This document shows, in pieces, positions 1-9,242 of a stretch of DNA of 64,000 bases. Each line of letters opens with the position of its first letter. Position 1 is the stretch's first letter. This DNA is from Deferribacterales bacterium. Lineage in GTDB: Bacteria; Chrysiogenota; Deferribacteres; Deferribacterales; Geovibrionaceae. Made by a program: the position numbers and the translations under genes. Below the pieces are notes generated by a model. It was not told the origin of the DNA, made no database searches, and was given only the letters and a program-made list of their open reading frames with translations. Location: contig JBFWJG010000004.1 of the NCBI GenBank assembly GCA_050253335.1, positions 8,462-72,461 on the forward strand. The letters run 5' to 3'.

Positions 1-61
1 ACAGACAGACTAAGATATATTTTTTATATTGTTGAAACACGATACCTATGGAGGTGGAAAA

Positions 62-505
62 ATGCTTAAAAAACGTGATGAAATTTTTTTCTCTCCCTTC
101 AGAAGCCTTCTGGATCTCAACAGGGAGATGGGCAGGTTTATGGACAGGTTTGGTGACGGCGAGTCCATGCCCGGCGGGTTCAGACCTGACGTGGACATTG
201 TGGAAAAGAACGGACAGGTTGTTGTTACGGCGGATCTCCCCGGAATGGAGGAGAAGGATATCGAAGTCACAATCAACGACGGAGTTCTCATCGTCAGGGG
301 TGAAAGAACCGAAGAAAAAGAGGAAACCGAAAAAGGATTTCACAGGCGTGAAAGAGTTTTCGGCAAATTTGTCAGACAGTTCACCCTGCCCAAAGGCACG
401 GATTCCGAGAATGTTAAAGCCGTGTTTAAAAAAGGCGTTCTCGAAGTGAGGATCCCTCTGAAAGCCGCTGCCGAGGAAAAGAAAATACAGATTGAAGCGA
501 AGTAA
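62..505 (+). CDS. Hsp20/alpha-crystallin small heat-shock protein
   Basis: PDVDIVE..ADLPGM..RRERVFGKFVRQFTLP..A.FKKGVLEV motifs; GGAGG RBS before ATG at 62 (ORF track starts at upstream TTG 29). Confidence 0.93.
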   Translation: MLKKRDEIFFSPFRSLLDLNREMGRFMDRFGDGESMPGGFRPDVDIVEKNGQVVVTADLPGMEEKDIEVTINDGVLIVRGERTEEKEETEKGFHRRERVFGKFVRQFTLPKGTDSENVKAVFKKGVLEVRIPLKAAAEEKKIQIEAK

Positions 506-512
506 AGAAAAT

Positions 513-537
513 AAGCCCCCGAAGAAACGGGGGCTTT
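513..537 (+). terminator. Rho-independent terminator after hsp20
   Basis: AAGCCCCCG-AAGAAA-CGGGGGCTT hairpin followed by T residues, between convergent hsp20 and lon. Confidence 0.75.
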
Positions 538-565
538 CTGATTTCTGCTCAAATGCTTAAAAATC

Positions 566-625
566 GGAGACTGTCGCGCCGGTTTGCCTAAACCTCTGTC
601 ATTGCGGACGAAGCGGTCAGTCTCC
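566..625. repeat. Degenerate palindromic REP/RPE-like element
   Basis: Ends GGAGACTG...CAGTCTCC are inverted repeats; internal TGTCATTGCG..CGAAGC resembles the GTCATTGCGAG..GAAGCAATC class of intergenic palindromes. Confidence 0.4.
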
Positions 626-639
626 CTTATATCTTAATC

Positions 640-3057
640 TTATGCATGCTTTTCTGCTGATTTCCTGTTTGCTCTCGGTTTTTTCACCGCCGGAGCCGCT
701 TTTTCCTCAGCAGGCTTGGGCGGAGCGGGGAGAAGCGCTATTTCGGCGACCTCTTCAAATTTTTCCACCGGAACAATTTCCAGAGAGCTTTTAACATATT
801 TCGGCATAGCGGTAATATCCTTCTCGTTCTTTTTGGGTATTATCACCTTTGTTATGCCGTGTCTTTTCGCGGCGAGAAGTTTTTCCTTCAGTCCGCCTAT
901 GGGGAGCACCTTGCCTGTGATCGTTATCTCACCTGTCATGGCAACAGACTTATTGATAGGCCTGCCCGTGAAAACGGAGAGAAGGGCCGTTCCCATTGTA
1001 ATCCCTGCCGAGGGGCCGTCTTTGGGGATGGCTCCCGCGGGAACATGGACATGTATGTCAAATTTGTTGAAGTCTTCCGGATCCACGCCGTAATTGGAGG
1101 CGATCGTACGCACATATGTGTATGCCGCGCGGGAGGATTCCTTCATTACATCACCCAGCTGGCCGGTTACAAGAAGATTCCCCTTGCCCTGATACTTTGT
1201 GCACTCAATGAAGAGAACATCTCCGCCGACGGGTGTCCATGCGAGGCCGGTTGCAGTTCCGATTTCGTTATCCTTGAGCTCGTCTTCACCTATGTATTTC
1301 ACTGCGCCGAGAAATTTTTCGGCCAGCTTGGGGGTTACATGGAAAACACTGCCGTTCCCTTCCACAATTTTGCGTCCGACTTTGCGGCAGACTGTTCCTA
1401 TGCTGCGTTCGAGGTTTCTCAGTCCGGATTCGCGGGTGTAGCTTTTGATAATGTGCATCACAGCCGCTTTTGAGAATTTTATCTGCTCCGGCGTGAGGCC
1501 GTTTTCTTTTATCTGTCTGGGGATCAGGTATTTTTCTGTTATCCTGAGCTTCTCTTCCTCTGTGTAGCCTGGGATCTGGATTATCTCCATCCTGTCGCGC
1601 AGGGCGTGGGGGATGGGGTCAAGGTAGTTCGCCGTTGTGATGAACAGAACCTTGGACAGATCAAAGGGCACGCCGAGGAAATGATCCACGAAGTTAACGT
1701 TCTGCACGGGGTCAAGGACTTCAAGGAGGGCTGACGCAGGGTCGCCCCTGAAGTCGCTGCCGAGCTTGTCTATCTCGTCCAGCATGATAAGCGGGTTGTT
1801 GGTTCCTGCTGTTTTCATGCTCTGAATTATCTTGCCCGGCAGAGCGCCGATGTATGTTCTTCTGTGCCCTCTTATTTCCGCTTCATCTCTCATTCCGCCG
1901 AGGCTCATGCGGACATATTCCCTGCCCATTGCGCTGGCGATTGATTTTCCCAGTGATGTTTTGCCCACTCCGGGAGGGCCCACAAAGCAGAGGATGGGAC
2001 TTTTCATATCCTTTTTCAGTTTGCGCAGTGCGAGGAAGTCAAGGATGCGCTCCTTCACTTCTTCCAGTCCGAAGTGGTCGTCATTCAGGATCTGCTTGGC
2101 GGTTTTGAGATCCAGCTTCTCCTTGCTTGCCTTGCTCCACGGAAGCTCCACAAGCCAGTCGAGGAAGGTTCTCGCCACTGTCGATTCCGCTGAGTCGGGG
2201 TGCATACGGGCAAGGCGCTTGAGCTGCTTGTCCGCTTCCTCCGCTATGGCTTTGGGCATTTTGGCTTTTTTGATCTTCTTTTCGTATTCCTCTATCTCGA
2301 TCTGAAAATCGTCCTCTTCGCCGAGCTCTTTCTTGATCGCTTTAAGCTGTTCGCGGAGGAAGTATTCCTTCTGGCTTTTGTCTATCTCGCCTCTGGCTTC
2401 GTTCATTATCTTCTGCTGAACCTCGAGGATCGAGATCTCGCGGGTGAGGAACTCGCTGACTTTTTTGAGCCTTTCAATGGTATCGTCCTCTTCAAGAACC
2501 TCCTGCGCCTCTTCCATTTTGAGACCGAGGTTGGAGACAATAATATCGGCGAGCTTTCCGGCATCGTCTATGGTCTCTATCACGGCGAGGAGATCGGGCA
2601 GCATCGGTTTTCCGAGGCTTACAGCGTTATGGAGCTGTTCCTTGACATGCCTTATCAGGGCTTCGGAGGCAAGGTTGTCCTCCGATGGTTCTTCCTTGAA
2701 CGTGCTGATCCTGACTTTGGCGAAAGGCTTCATCTGGATGAATTCTTCCGCAGTTGCTCTCTTAACGCCCTGAACAAGGATTTTGATCCTTTCATCAGGT
2801 AGTTTGAGCATACGGAGAATAACCGCCACTGTTCCTGTTTTGTTTATCTCATCCTCAGCGGGTTCCTCCTGAGAGGCATCCTTCTGGCAGGCAAGGAAAA
2901 TGAGCCTGTCCGCGCTGAGGGCATCGTTCACTGCCGCAATGCTGCTTTCTCTGCCGACAAAAAGCGGCAGAACCATATATGGGAAAACAACTATGTCCCT
3001 TACAGGCAGCAAGGGCAATTGTTCCGGTATTTTTACATCCGATTCAAACTGTTCCAC
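640..3057 (-). CDS. lon: ATP-dependent protease La (Lon)
   Basis: LON N-domain (LPLLPVRDIVVFP), Walker A GPPGVGKTS, HRRTYIGALPG, catalytic PKDGPSAG and KVLPIGGLKEK. Confidence 0.98.
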   Translation of the reverse strand: MEQFESDVKIPEQLPLLPVRDIVVFPYMVLPLFVGRESSIAAVNDALSADRLIFLACQKDASQEEPAEDEINKTGTVAVILRMLKLPDERIKILVQGVKRATAEEFIQMKPFAKVRISTFKEEPSEDNLASEALIRHVKEQLHNAVSLGKPMLPDLLAVIETIDDAGKLADIIVSNLGLKMEEAQEVLEEDDTIERLKKVSEFLTREISILEVQQKIMNEARGEIDKSQKEYFLREQLKAIKKELGEEDDFQIEIEEYEKKIKKAKMPKAIAEEADKQLKRLARMHPDSAESTVARTFLDWLVELPWSKASKEKLDLKTAKQILNDDHFGLEEVKERILDFLALRKLKKDMKSPILCFVGPPGVGKTSLGKSIASAMGREYVRMSLGGMRDEAEIRGHRRTYIGALPGKIIQSMKTAGTNNPLIMLDEIDKLGSDFRGDPASALLEVLDPVQNVNFVDHFLGVPFDLSKVLFITTANYLDPIPHALRDRMEIIQIPGYTEEEKLRITEKYLIPRQIKENGLTPEQIKFSKAAVMHIIKSYTRESGLRNLERSIGTVCRKVGRKIVEGNGSVFHVTPKLAEKFLGAVKYIGEDELKDNEIGTATGLAWTPVGGDVLFIECTKYQGKGNLLVTGQLGDVMKESSRAAYTYVRTIASNYGVDPEDFNKFDIHVHVPAGAIPKDGPSAGITMGTALLSVFTGRPINKSVAMTGEITITGKVLPIGGLKEKLLAAKRHGITKVIIPKKNEKDITAMPKYVKSSLEIVPVEKFEEVAEIALLPAPPKPAEEKAAPAVKKPRANRKSAEKHA

Positions 3058-3075
3058 TTTACCCTCTCCTGTATC

Positions 3076-3486
3076 TCAATTTTCTGTTTTTTTCAGCGTA
3101 ACTGTGAGAACACCGTTCTTCAGTACAGCCTGTGTGTTATCCTTATCCACGGGGAACGGAAGCTGCATTATCCTTTTAAAAGGCGCAAACTCCCTTTCAG
3201 CGCGGATGAAGAAGATTTGCTTATCCGTGCAGTATCTTTTTCTTATTCCTTCTATTATAAGAAGATTTTCGTAAAGATACACTGTAAAGTCATTAGACGT
3301 CAAACCGGGTAATTCGGCGGTAATGATCACTTCTGTGTCTCTGATCATAGCGTCCAGAGCGGGTGTTCCCGTTTCGGCTATGGGGCTTTTGGTACGCTCC
3401 ATAACTTTAAGAAGCTCCTCCACTTCCTTTTTCATGAGGCCGTGGATAAAGCGTATCTTCGATATAGAGTCGTTTTCGCTGCTCAT
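3076..3486 (-). CDS. Hsp20/alpha-crystallin family protein (divergent)
   Basis: ITAELPGL..LIIEG.R..AERE...F.R...LP.PVD...A.LKNGVLTVTL; directly upstream of lon. Confidence 0.85.
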   Translation of the reverse strand: MSSENDSISKIRFIHGLMKKEVEELLKVMERTKSPIAETGTPALDAMIRDTEVIITAELPGLTSNDFTVYLYENLLIIEGIRKRYCTDKQIFFIRAEREFAPFKRIMQLPFPVDKDNTQAVLKNGVLTVTLKKTEN

Positions 3487-3490
3487 TGTT

Positions 3491-4360
3491 TCACCTTGTT
3501 CTGCAAAGAACCGACATTAAGTCCATCATGGCGTCTTTCGTGTCTTCCCTTGAAAGGGCGAAGTGCACTGTGGCTTCGATCAGGCCGTGCTTGTTGCCGC
3601 AGTCAAACCTCTGCCCTTCGAAGCGGTAGCCGTAAACGCCGCTTTTTTCAGCAACAGCATGTATCGCGTCTGTGAGCTGGATTTCGTTTCCCGCTCCTGC
3701 CGCTGTGGTTTCCAGTTCGTCCATTATTTCAGGCGTCAGAATGTATCTGCCTATTATGGCAAGGTCGCTGGGCGGATCTGCTTTCGGTTTTTCCACCATA
3801 TATCCGAGTTTATAGAGTCGTTCATCTATCTGCTTTTCAACTTTTACTATCCCGTACTTGTGGGTATCCGCGAGGGGAACCTGCATTATGGAGATCACAG
3901 GCGCCTTCACTTTGTCAAACTCTTTTGTCATTTCGCCTATTACCGACTTCTGAGCAAGTATTATATCATCCGGCAGGATCACGGCAAAAGGCTCACGCCC
4001 TACAATGTCCTTGGCGCAGAGGACAGCGTGCCCCAGACCTCTGGGCTCCTTCTGGCGGATATAAACCACATCGCACATATCGGAGATTTTACGCACCTCT
4101 TTCAGCAGATCCTCTTTGCCGGCCTCCGCAAGCGCGGTCTCAAGGTTAGGGTCACGGTCGAAGTGATCCTCCATGGACTTCTTTGTGCGCCCCGTGACGA
4201 AGATAATCCGTTCTATCCCGCCGTTCAGCGCTTCTTCCACGCCGTACTGGATAAGAGGCTTGTCGATCAGAGTCACCATCTCCTTGGGGATAGCCTTTGT
4301 TGCCGGCAGGAGTCTTGTGCCGAAACCTGCCACGGGAAAAACAGCGCTTTTAACCTTCAT
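3491..4360 (-). CDS. galU: UTP--glucose-1-phosphate uridylyltransferase
   Basis: AVFPVAGFGTRLLPATKAIPKEM, RQKEPRGLGHAVLCA, VEKP, EIQLTDAI. Confidence 0.97.
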   Translation of the reverse strand: MKVKSAVFPVAGFGTRLLPATKAIPKEMVTLIDKPLIQYGVEEALNGGIERIIFVTGRTKKSMEDHFDRDPNLETALAEAGKEDLLKEVRKISDMCDVVYIRQKEPRGLGHAVLCAKDIVGREPFAVILPDDIILAQKSVIGEMTKEFDKVKAPVISIMQVPLADTHKYGIVKVEKQIDERLYKLGYMVEKPKADPPSDLAIIGRYILTPEIMDELETTAAGAGNEIQLTDAIHAVAEKSGVYGYRFEGQRFDCGNKHGLIEATVHFALSREDTKDAMMDLMSVLCRTR

Positions 4361-4375
4361 TACATCATCCTTGAT

Positions 4376-5167
4376 TTATTTATGAAAAATAACGCCGGCG
4401 TAGCCGACAACTCTGTCATAGTCTCCGCTGACATGACCGCTGTGGGTGTGTTCCACAAGCTCGGTTCCTGAGCAGCCCTTCAGCCTGCAGCAGGTGATGG
4501 CGGCAGAGGCGGGAACAGCCCCGCACATAGAAATATTCATCCCTGACACTGTTCTGGCAAGGGCTTTTTCATCAAGCGCCAGAACAGCTTGAAGAGCCGC
4601 CTCATCTTTTCTTTCAGTTATTGCCGCACTCTCAAAGTGGTTCATGTCGGAGCTCACTGCCAGAAGCGTCTCATCATCGCAAACGGATGCCAGTATCTCG
4701 CCCAGCTCCCTGCATGTTTCCGTGTTCAGCCCCATAAGGGTCACGGGGACAATCCTGACATCAGGGTTAAGATATTTTAGTACAGGAACAATTACTTCCA
4801 GAGAATGTTCATTGATGTGAGCCGCCGTGTCCGCCGTGCAGAGTCGGGATGCGGTGAGCTTTGACGCTGTTTCGGAGTCGATTTCGGCGTCTCCGAACGG
4901 CGTTTCCCAGCTTCCTTCCGGAAAAACCGAGATTCTAGCCCCCATTCCCGTATGGTTGGGTCCCATGAGTATCACTTTGTCAGGGATTTTCACCATTGAC
5001 GCGGTTCTGACCGCTGTGCTGCCGGAGTATATCCAGCCTGCGTGGGGGAGCATAACGGCAAGAGCCTCTGCCGGCGGGGTGCCTGCGAGGTTTTTTTTAA
5101 TGAACCTTTCAGCCTCTTTTGGGGATGCGGGATAAAAAAGTCCCTTTACCGCAGCTTTTCTGAACAT
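4376..5167 (-). CDS. MEMO1 family protein (AmmeMemoRadiSam protein B)
   Basis: R.AAV.GLFYP, PHAGWIYSG, GPNH, EHSLEV, SSDMNH, MCG, VVGYAG motifs. Confidence 0.93.
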   Translation of the reverse strand: MFRKAAVKGLFYPASPKEAERFIKKNLAGTPPAEALAVMLPHAGWIYSGSTAVRTASMVKIPDKVILMGPNHTGMGARISVFPEGSWETPFGDAEIDSETASKLTASRLCTADTAAHINEHSLEVIVPVLKYLNPDVRIVPVTLMGLNTETCRELGEILASVCDDETLLAVSSDMNHFESAAITERKDEAALQAVLALDEKALARTVSGMNISMCGAVPASAAITCCRLKGCSGTELVEHTHSGHVSGDYDRVVGYAGVIFHK

Positions 5168-5961
5168 AACAGCCTGCCTGCCTTTTCATACCATAAATCA
5201 GGCAGCTTGAGGGAAAGGCTGAAATAGCTGAAATCATTCAGCAGTATAATGCGCTTGTCGATCACCTTGTAAGCCCAGGGCTGCCTGTTTCTTGATATTA
5301 CCAGTTCTTTAACTCTCTTGAAAGAGAACTGTTTCAGCATGGGGAATGATTCTTCCAGCGTGTTGATATGCTCGGTGTTTTTCCGGCCTACTGTTATCAG
5401 CCTGTTGCCGTGGGCGCAGACCTCTATTCTGTCATTCCCTGTGAAAACCACAAAGAAATCGTTCCCGAAGGCTTCCTTCAGGCTGAAGTCTGTGTCGTAC
5501 ATCTGCATTTTTTCATTTCCGCTCAGAGATTCCATGCAGCCGGTGACTATGAATGAGTCAGGATATTCGCTCAGCAGTGTCTGGTGAGTGACTGCTTCAT
5601 CCTGAGCATTTTTTATATCGTGGGAGTAAACCCCGAGGGTTTTCATAAGACAGAGATCGGTTATGTTGCCCTGCTCAAAGCCGCTTCCAAGCCCTGCGAG
5701 CTCCCCGCGGATTTTTCCGCCGTAGAGGAAGTTGAAGATATTTTTCTTCATTTTCATGCAGTAGTCAGCCGGAATCTCCTTCGGGTTCGCGCTTTTTCTC
5801 GCGGTTGTGTATGTGCCGCCGTGAAAAACATGGATGTTGGAGGAGGATATGGGCGGAAACTGATTGTTTGAGGCGATTCTCACGCTTCTGCCGGAGAATT
5901 TGACATAATCCGCTACTTTCAGCAGGTTCGGTGTGGGGTTGAGGAAAATGAATCCGGCCAT
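5146..5961 (-). CDS. Hypothetical protein
   Basis: 271-aa ORF filling the gap between mqnE and MEMO1 genes on the same strand; no motif recognised. Confidence 0.6.
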   Translation of the reverse strand: MAGFIFLNPTPNLLKVADYVKFSGRSVRIASNNQFPPISSSNIHVFHGGTYTTARKSANPKEIPADYCMKMKKNIFNFLYGGKIRGELAGLGSGFEQGNITDLCLMKTLGVYSHDIKNAQDEAVTHQTLLSEYPDSFIVTGCMESLSGNEKMQMYDTDFSLKEAFGNDFFVVFTGNDRIEVCAHGNRLITVGRKNTEHINTLEESFPMLKQFSFKRVKELVISRNRQPWAYKVIDKRIILLNDFSYFSLSLKLPDLWYEKAGRLLCSEKLR

Positions 5962-5963
5962 GT

Positions 5964-6965
5964 TCAGCTTATCGTCCTGTAGAAAGCGTCACGTTTCACA
6001 GGCTCAAGCCCCGCCGAGATTATCATATTTTTCAGTTCGTCCTCCGTCAGCCCCGCGCTGCTTGTCGCTCCGGCGGCGTGGGTTATGTTCTCTTTTATTA
6101 TGGTTCCGTCAAGATCGTCCGCGCCGAAACGGAGGGCAACCTGAGCTGTTTTCTCACCCAGCATAACCCAGTACGCCTTGATATGGGGCACATTGTCCAG
6201 AACAATGCGGCTGACAGCCGCTGTCATCAGGTCTTCAATGCCTGTTGCCGGTTTTATATGGCTGAGGAAAGTGTTCTGCGGGTGAAATGACAGAGGGATA
6301 AAGGCGAGAAAGCCTCCGGTTTTTTCCTGAAGATCGCGGATTTTTTCCAGATGGCGCATCTTCTCCTCCCCTGTTTCGATGTGGCCGTAGAGCATGGTGG
6401 CATTGGTGAGAATCCCTTCTTTATGCGCGGTTTCGTGCACCTCAAGCCATCTTTCCGCGGGGATCTTTTCTGGGCAAATCTCTTTGCGCACCCTAGGTTC
6501 AAAGATCTCAGCCCCGCCGCCCGGCATCATCTCAAGTCCTGCGTTTTTGAGTTTTCTGAGCACTTCCGTCAGCGAAAGTCCGGATATGGAAGCGAAATAG
6601 TCAATCTCTACAGCGCTGAAGCCTTTGATTGTTTTTTCGGGGAAAGCGGTTTTCAGCCCTTTCACCATATCGGTGTAGTAGCTGAATTTTTTCGAAGGGT
6701 GCAGACCGCCGACAATGTGAAGCTCGCTTGCGTTCGGAGCCTTGGAAGCGGCGTATTTTATGATGTCGTCCACATCCATGAACACCGCCGTTTCGTCTCC
6801 TTCATCCTTGGCAAAGGCGCAGAAGCGGCACTTGCTCACGCATATGTCAGTGTAGTTTATATGGAGGTTATTGACATAAAAAACCTTTTTGCCCCACATC
6901 TTCTGCCGGAGCGCATCGGCCTTTTCGCCCGTAACCAGAAAATCTTCTTTGAAAAGATTGTACAT
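5964..6965 (-). CDS. mqnE: Radical SAM aminofutalosine synthase MqnE (CofH/MqnC/MqnE family)
   Basis: CVSKCRFC CxxxCxxC motif, ELHIVGGLHP, MPGGGAEIF, NATMLYGHIET, HIKAYWVM, FGADDLDGT. Confidence 0.85.
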   Translation of the reverse strand: MYNLFKEDFLVTGEKADALRQKMWGKKVFYVNNLHINYTDICVSKCRFCAFAKDEGDETAVFMDVDDIIKYAASKAPNASELHIVGGLHPSKKFSYYTDMVKGLKTAFPEKTIKGFSAVEIDYFASISGLSLTEVLRKLKNAGLEMMPGGGAEIFEPRVRKEICPEKIPAERWLEVHETAHKEGILTNATMLYGHIETGEEKMRHLEKIRDLQEKTGGFLAFIPLSFHPQNTFLSHIKPATGIEDLMTAAVSRIVLDNVPHIKAYWVMLGEKTAQVALRFGADDLDGTIIKENITHAAGATSSAGLTEDELKNMIISAGLEPVKRDAFYRTIS

Positions 6966-7051
6966 ACGGCTTAGATTTCCTTATCAGCAGATTATCTTAC
7001 GGAAGAAAAATACAGTCTGAAAATTAACACACCTTGGTGTTTCGGGCAACC

Positions 7052-8008
7052 TTATTTATCCCGCCTGTATTTAATTCCTTTTTCATACATTTCCTTCCAG
7101 ACCCTCAGCCCGTCAACCTCCACGGGATCCTTTTCCTTTGCTATATGTTCATTTATGAGTGCGGCCGCTTTGTCAAACTCATCATTTTCAGCATAGGCCG
7201 CCGCCAGCCTTTCGGCATTTGTGTTATCCGGCCGGAGAGAGTATGCCCTTCGTCCGTAGAGCACTGCCTTTGCCCCGTCTCTGAAATACGGGTCAGGATG
7301 GGTGGAGAGGATCCACGCCGCCTGAGAAAAGGCCTTTTCCATGGAGCTGTCCAGGATTGCCGCTGTTTCGAGATCTTTGATGCCGTCTCCGGTTTTTGAA
7401 ACAGCAAAAAGCACCTGCGCCCGCTGGAAATAGCTTCCGGCATTTTTGGGTTCAAGCTCTATGGCGCGGGTCACGTCCACTATGGCCTGTTCGGGGCTCC
7501 CCGCTTTCAGGTATGCCTTTGCCCTGCCGAGGTAGGCCTCCGCGCTTTCGCCCTGCGCCTCTATCCCTCTGTTCAGATAGAAGAACGCCTGTTTTGTGTT
7601 CCCCAGTTCGGCATATGCGAGGCCGATCAGGGTATTTGCGCGGGCATAGGTTCTGGGCTTCTGAGTCAGCGCCTCATCCAGTTCCATTACCGCGTCATTG
7701 TATTTTCCGAGTAAGAAAAGGATTTCCCCTCTTCTGTAGTGCAGGTAAGCGGTGTTTTTATTTCTGCCCAGTGCTCTTGTGTATTCATAAAAGGCCCTGT
7801 CGTATTCCTTCATTGCGAAATAGGCATCCCCGAGAAGGGTTCTGTTTTCGCCTGAGTCATGTTCCTGAACGGCTTTTTCAAGATATCCGGCCGCCAGCGG
7901 CGCGTTTCCCGATTCAAGGGCGCTCAGGCCGCTTTTCCGCAGTTCAACGGCGGCTTTGGGCGCGCACGCCGCAAGGGCTGCTGCTGTGATCAATATATAA
8001 AGTCTCAT
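7052..8008 (-). CDS. TPR-repeat lipoprotein
   Basis: Start at 8008 (GGAG RBS) gives signal peptide with LAAC lipobox followed by multiple TPR repeats. Confidence 0.85.
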   Translation of the reverse strand: MRLYILITAAALAACAPKAAVELRKSGLSALESGNAPLAAGYLEKAVQEHDSGENRTLLGDAYFAMKEYDRAFYEYTRALGRNKNTAYLHYRRGEILFLLGKYNDAVMELDEALTQKPRTYARANTLIGLAYAELGNTKQAFFYLNRGIEAQGESAEAYLGRAKAYLKAGSPEQAIVDVTRAIELEPKNAGSYFQRAQVLFAVSKTGDGIKDLETAAILDSSMEKAFSQAAWILSTHPDPYFRDGAKAVLYGRRAYSLRPDNTNAERLAAAYAENDEFDKAAALINEHIAKEKDPVEVDGLRVWKEMYEKGIKYRRDK

Positions 8009-8096
8009 GATATCTCCATAGTCGGCTTCATTAATAATATTACTCCCTGAACACAAATAACAGAAGTTTTTTATGAAAAGAGCCACAGTTATTTTT

Positions 8097-8133
8097 TGTA
8101 ATTATTACACACTATAACAAGTTTTATTTGTTA
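8097..8133. promoter_or_regulatory. Two palindromic operator-like sites in the divergent promoter region of the phage-derived operon
   Basis: TGTAAT-T-ATTACA (8097-8109) and TAACAA-N7-TTGTTA (8115-8133) in an AT-rich intergenic region. Confidence 0.45.
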
Positions 8134-8170
8134 AATGTTTATATTCCCTCATCGGCTAAGGAGGAATGTG

Positions 8171-8854
8171 ATGATTCTTGAAATGGCTAAAACAGGCAGA
8201 TACGGCGAGGTAACGCTTACCGAGGCGGATCTGGAGCAGATGGAGAAAAGCTTCGGCGGAAAAGTGCCCGTAACTGTGGGGCACGAGATAGCCGGAAATA
8301 TGCCCGCTGCCGGATGGGTTAAAAACATCTGGGCGGAGAAGGGCGTTCTCATGGGCGAGGCGGAGCTGGGGGACTGGCTCACGGAAGCCTACGAAAAAGG
8401 GGAATACCGCAACTGGTCAATAGGCGCGAAGAGGGACGCGGACGGCAGGCTTTACCTGCACCACCTTGCGTTTCTGGGAGCTCTGCCGCCTAAGATACGC
8501 GGCCTTGAGGTTGTGGAGATGGGCGACAGCGGCGATTTCCTGACCTTTTCAGGATCCATACCCGCTTATTTCAGCGAGCTTGAAGCGCTCCGCAGGGAAA
8601 AGAGGGAGAAAAAACTCAGTGAACTCAGATCCGCATGCGAAGGGAAAATTCCCGCCGCCAAGCTGGAGCTTGTGATGGAGTTTGCTGAAAACCTTGAGGG
8701 TACGGTGAATTTCGCAGACGGAAACGAGGCGGACGCTGTGAGCGTGCTGAAGGATGTTTTTTCGTCCCTGCCGGAGCCTGTGAAGGCGGGAAAAATGAAC
8801 CTGCCCGAAAGGAGCGTTTCGGCGGAGCAGAAGGGAATCTTCGGGAAAATTTAA
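8171..8854 (+). CDS. Phage prohead protease/scaffold (Mu-like I type)
   Basis: VPVTVGH..PAAGWV, YRNWS, LHHLAFLGALPP.I.GL motifs of transposable-phage head peptidases; charged C-terminal scaffold-like region; AAGGAGG RBS before GTG 8168/ATG 8171. Confidence 0.82.
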   Translation: MILEMAKTGRYGEVTLTEADLEQMEKSFGGKVPVTVGHEIAGNMPAAGWVKNIWAEKGVLMGEAELGDWLTEAYEKGEYRNWSIGAKRDADGRLYLHHLAFLGALPPKIRGLEVVEMGDSGDFLTFSGSIPAYFSELEALRREKREKKLSELRSACEGKIPAAKLELVMEFAENLEGTVNFADGNEADAVSVLKDVFSSLPEPVKAGKMNLPERSVSAEQKGIFGKI

Positions 8855-8866
8855 GGAGGGGAGAAG

Positions 8867-9229
8867 ATGGCAAAGTATGACGGAGTAATCGACAGGCGCG
8901 ACATGGGTTCCGCCGGAATAATCGACGGCCGCCACCCTGCGGTGGTGAAGGTAATGCCTTTTAAGGCGGACAACGGAAAAATCGAAGCGGGGGAAATAGT
9001 CGTCCTCAATGCAGACGGGAAGGCGGACTTTTATGACGCACAGGACGGAGGCACGCTCTCCGTTCCGGTGGGTGTCAGCATCTTCACCGTTGATACGGCA
9101 AAAGACAGCCTCGGGAGTGTTCTTGTGCACGGAACGGTCATCAGAAGCGCCCTGAAAAACGGCGGAGCCAAGGCTGAGTCTGCCGCTGTGAAGGCGTTGG
9201 AAACAAATACGCAGATCTGGGCGTTTTAA
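8867..9229 (+). CDS. Head decoration protein (lambda gpD-like)
   Basis: 120 aa between protease and capsid; G.I.AG.IV..PVGV..VLVHG.V pattern. Confidence 0.7.
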   Translation: MAKYDGVIDRRDMGSAGIIDGRHPAVVKVMPFKADNGKIEAGEIVVLNADGKADFYDAQDGGTLSVPVGVSIFTVDTAKDSLGSVLVHGTVIRSALKNGGAKAESAAVKALETNTQIWAF

Positions 9230-9242
9230 GGAGGTTTGAAAC

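Noticed and set aside
8009..8170. N-terminal extensions of the TPR gene (to 8086) and protease (from 8135) in the ORF track
   Set aside because: RBS positions and the lipoprotein signal favour starts at 8008 and 8168/8171
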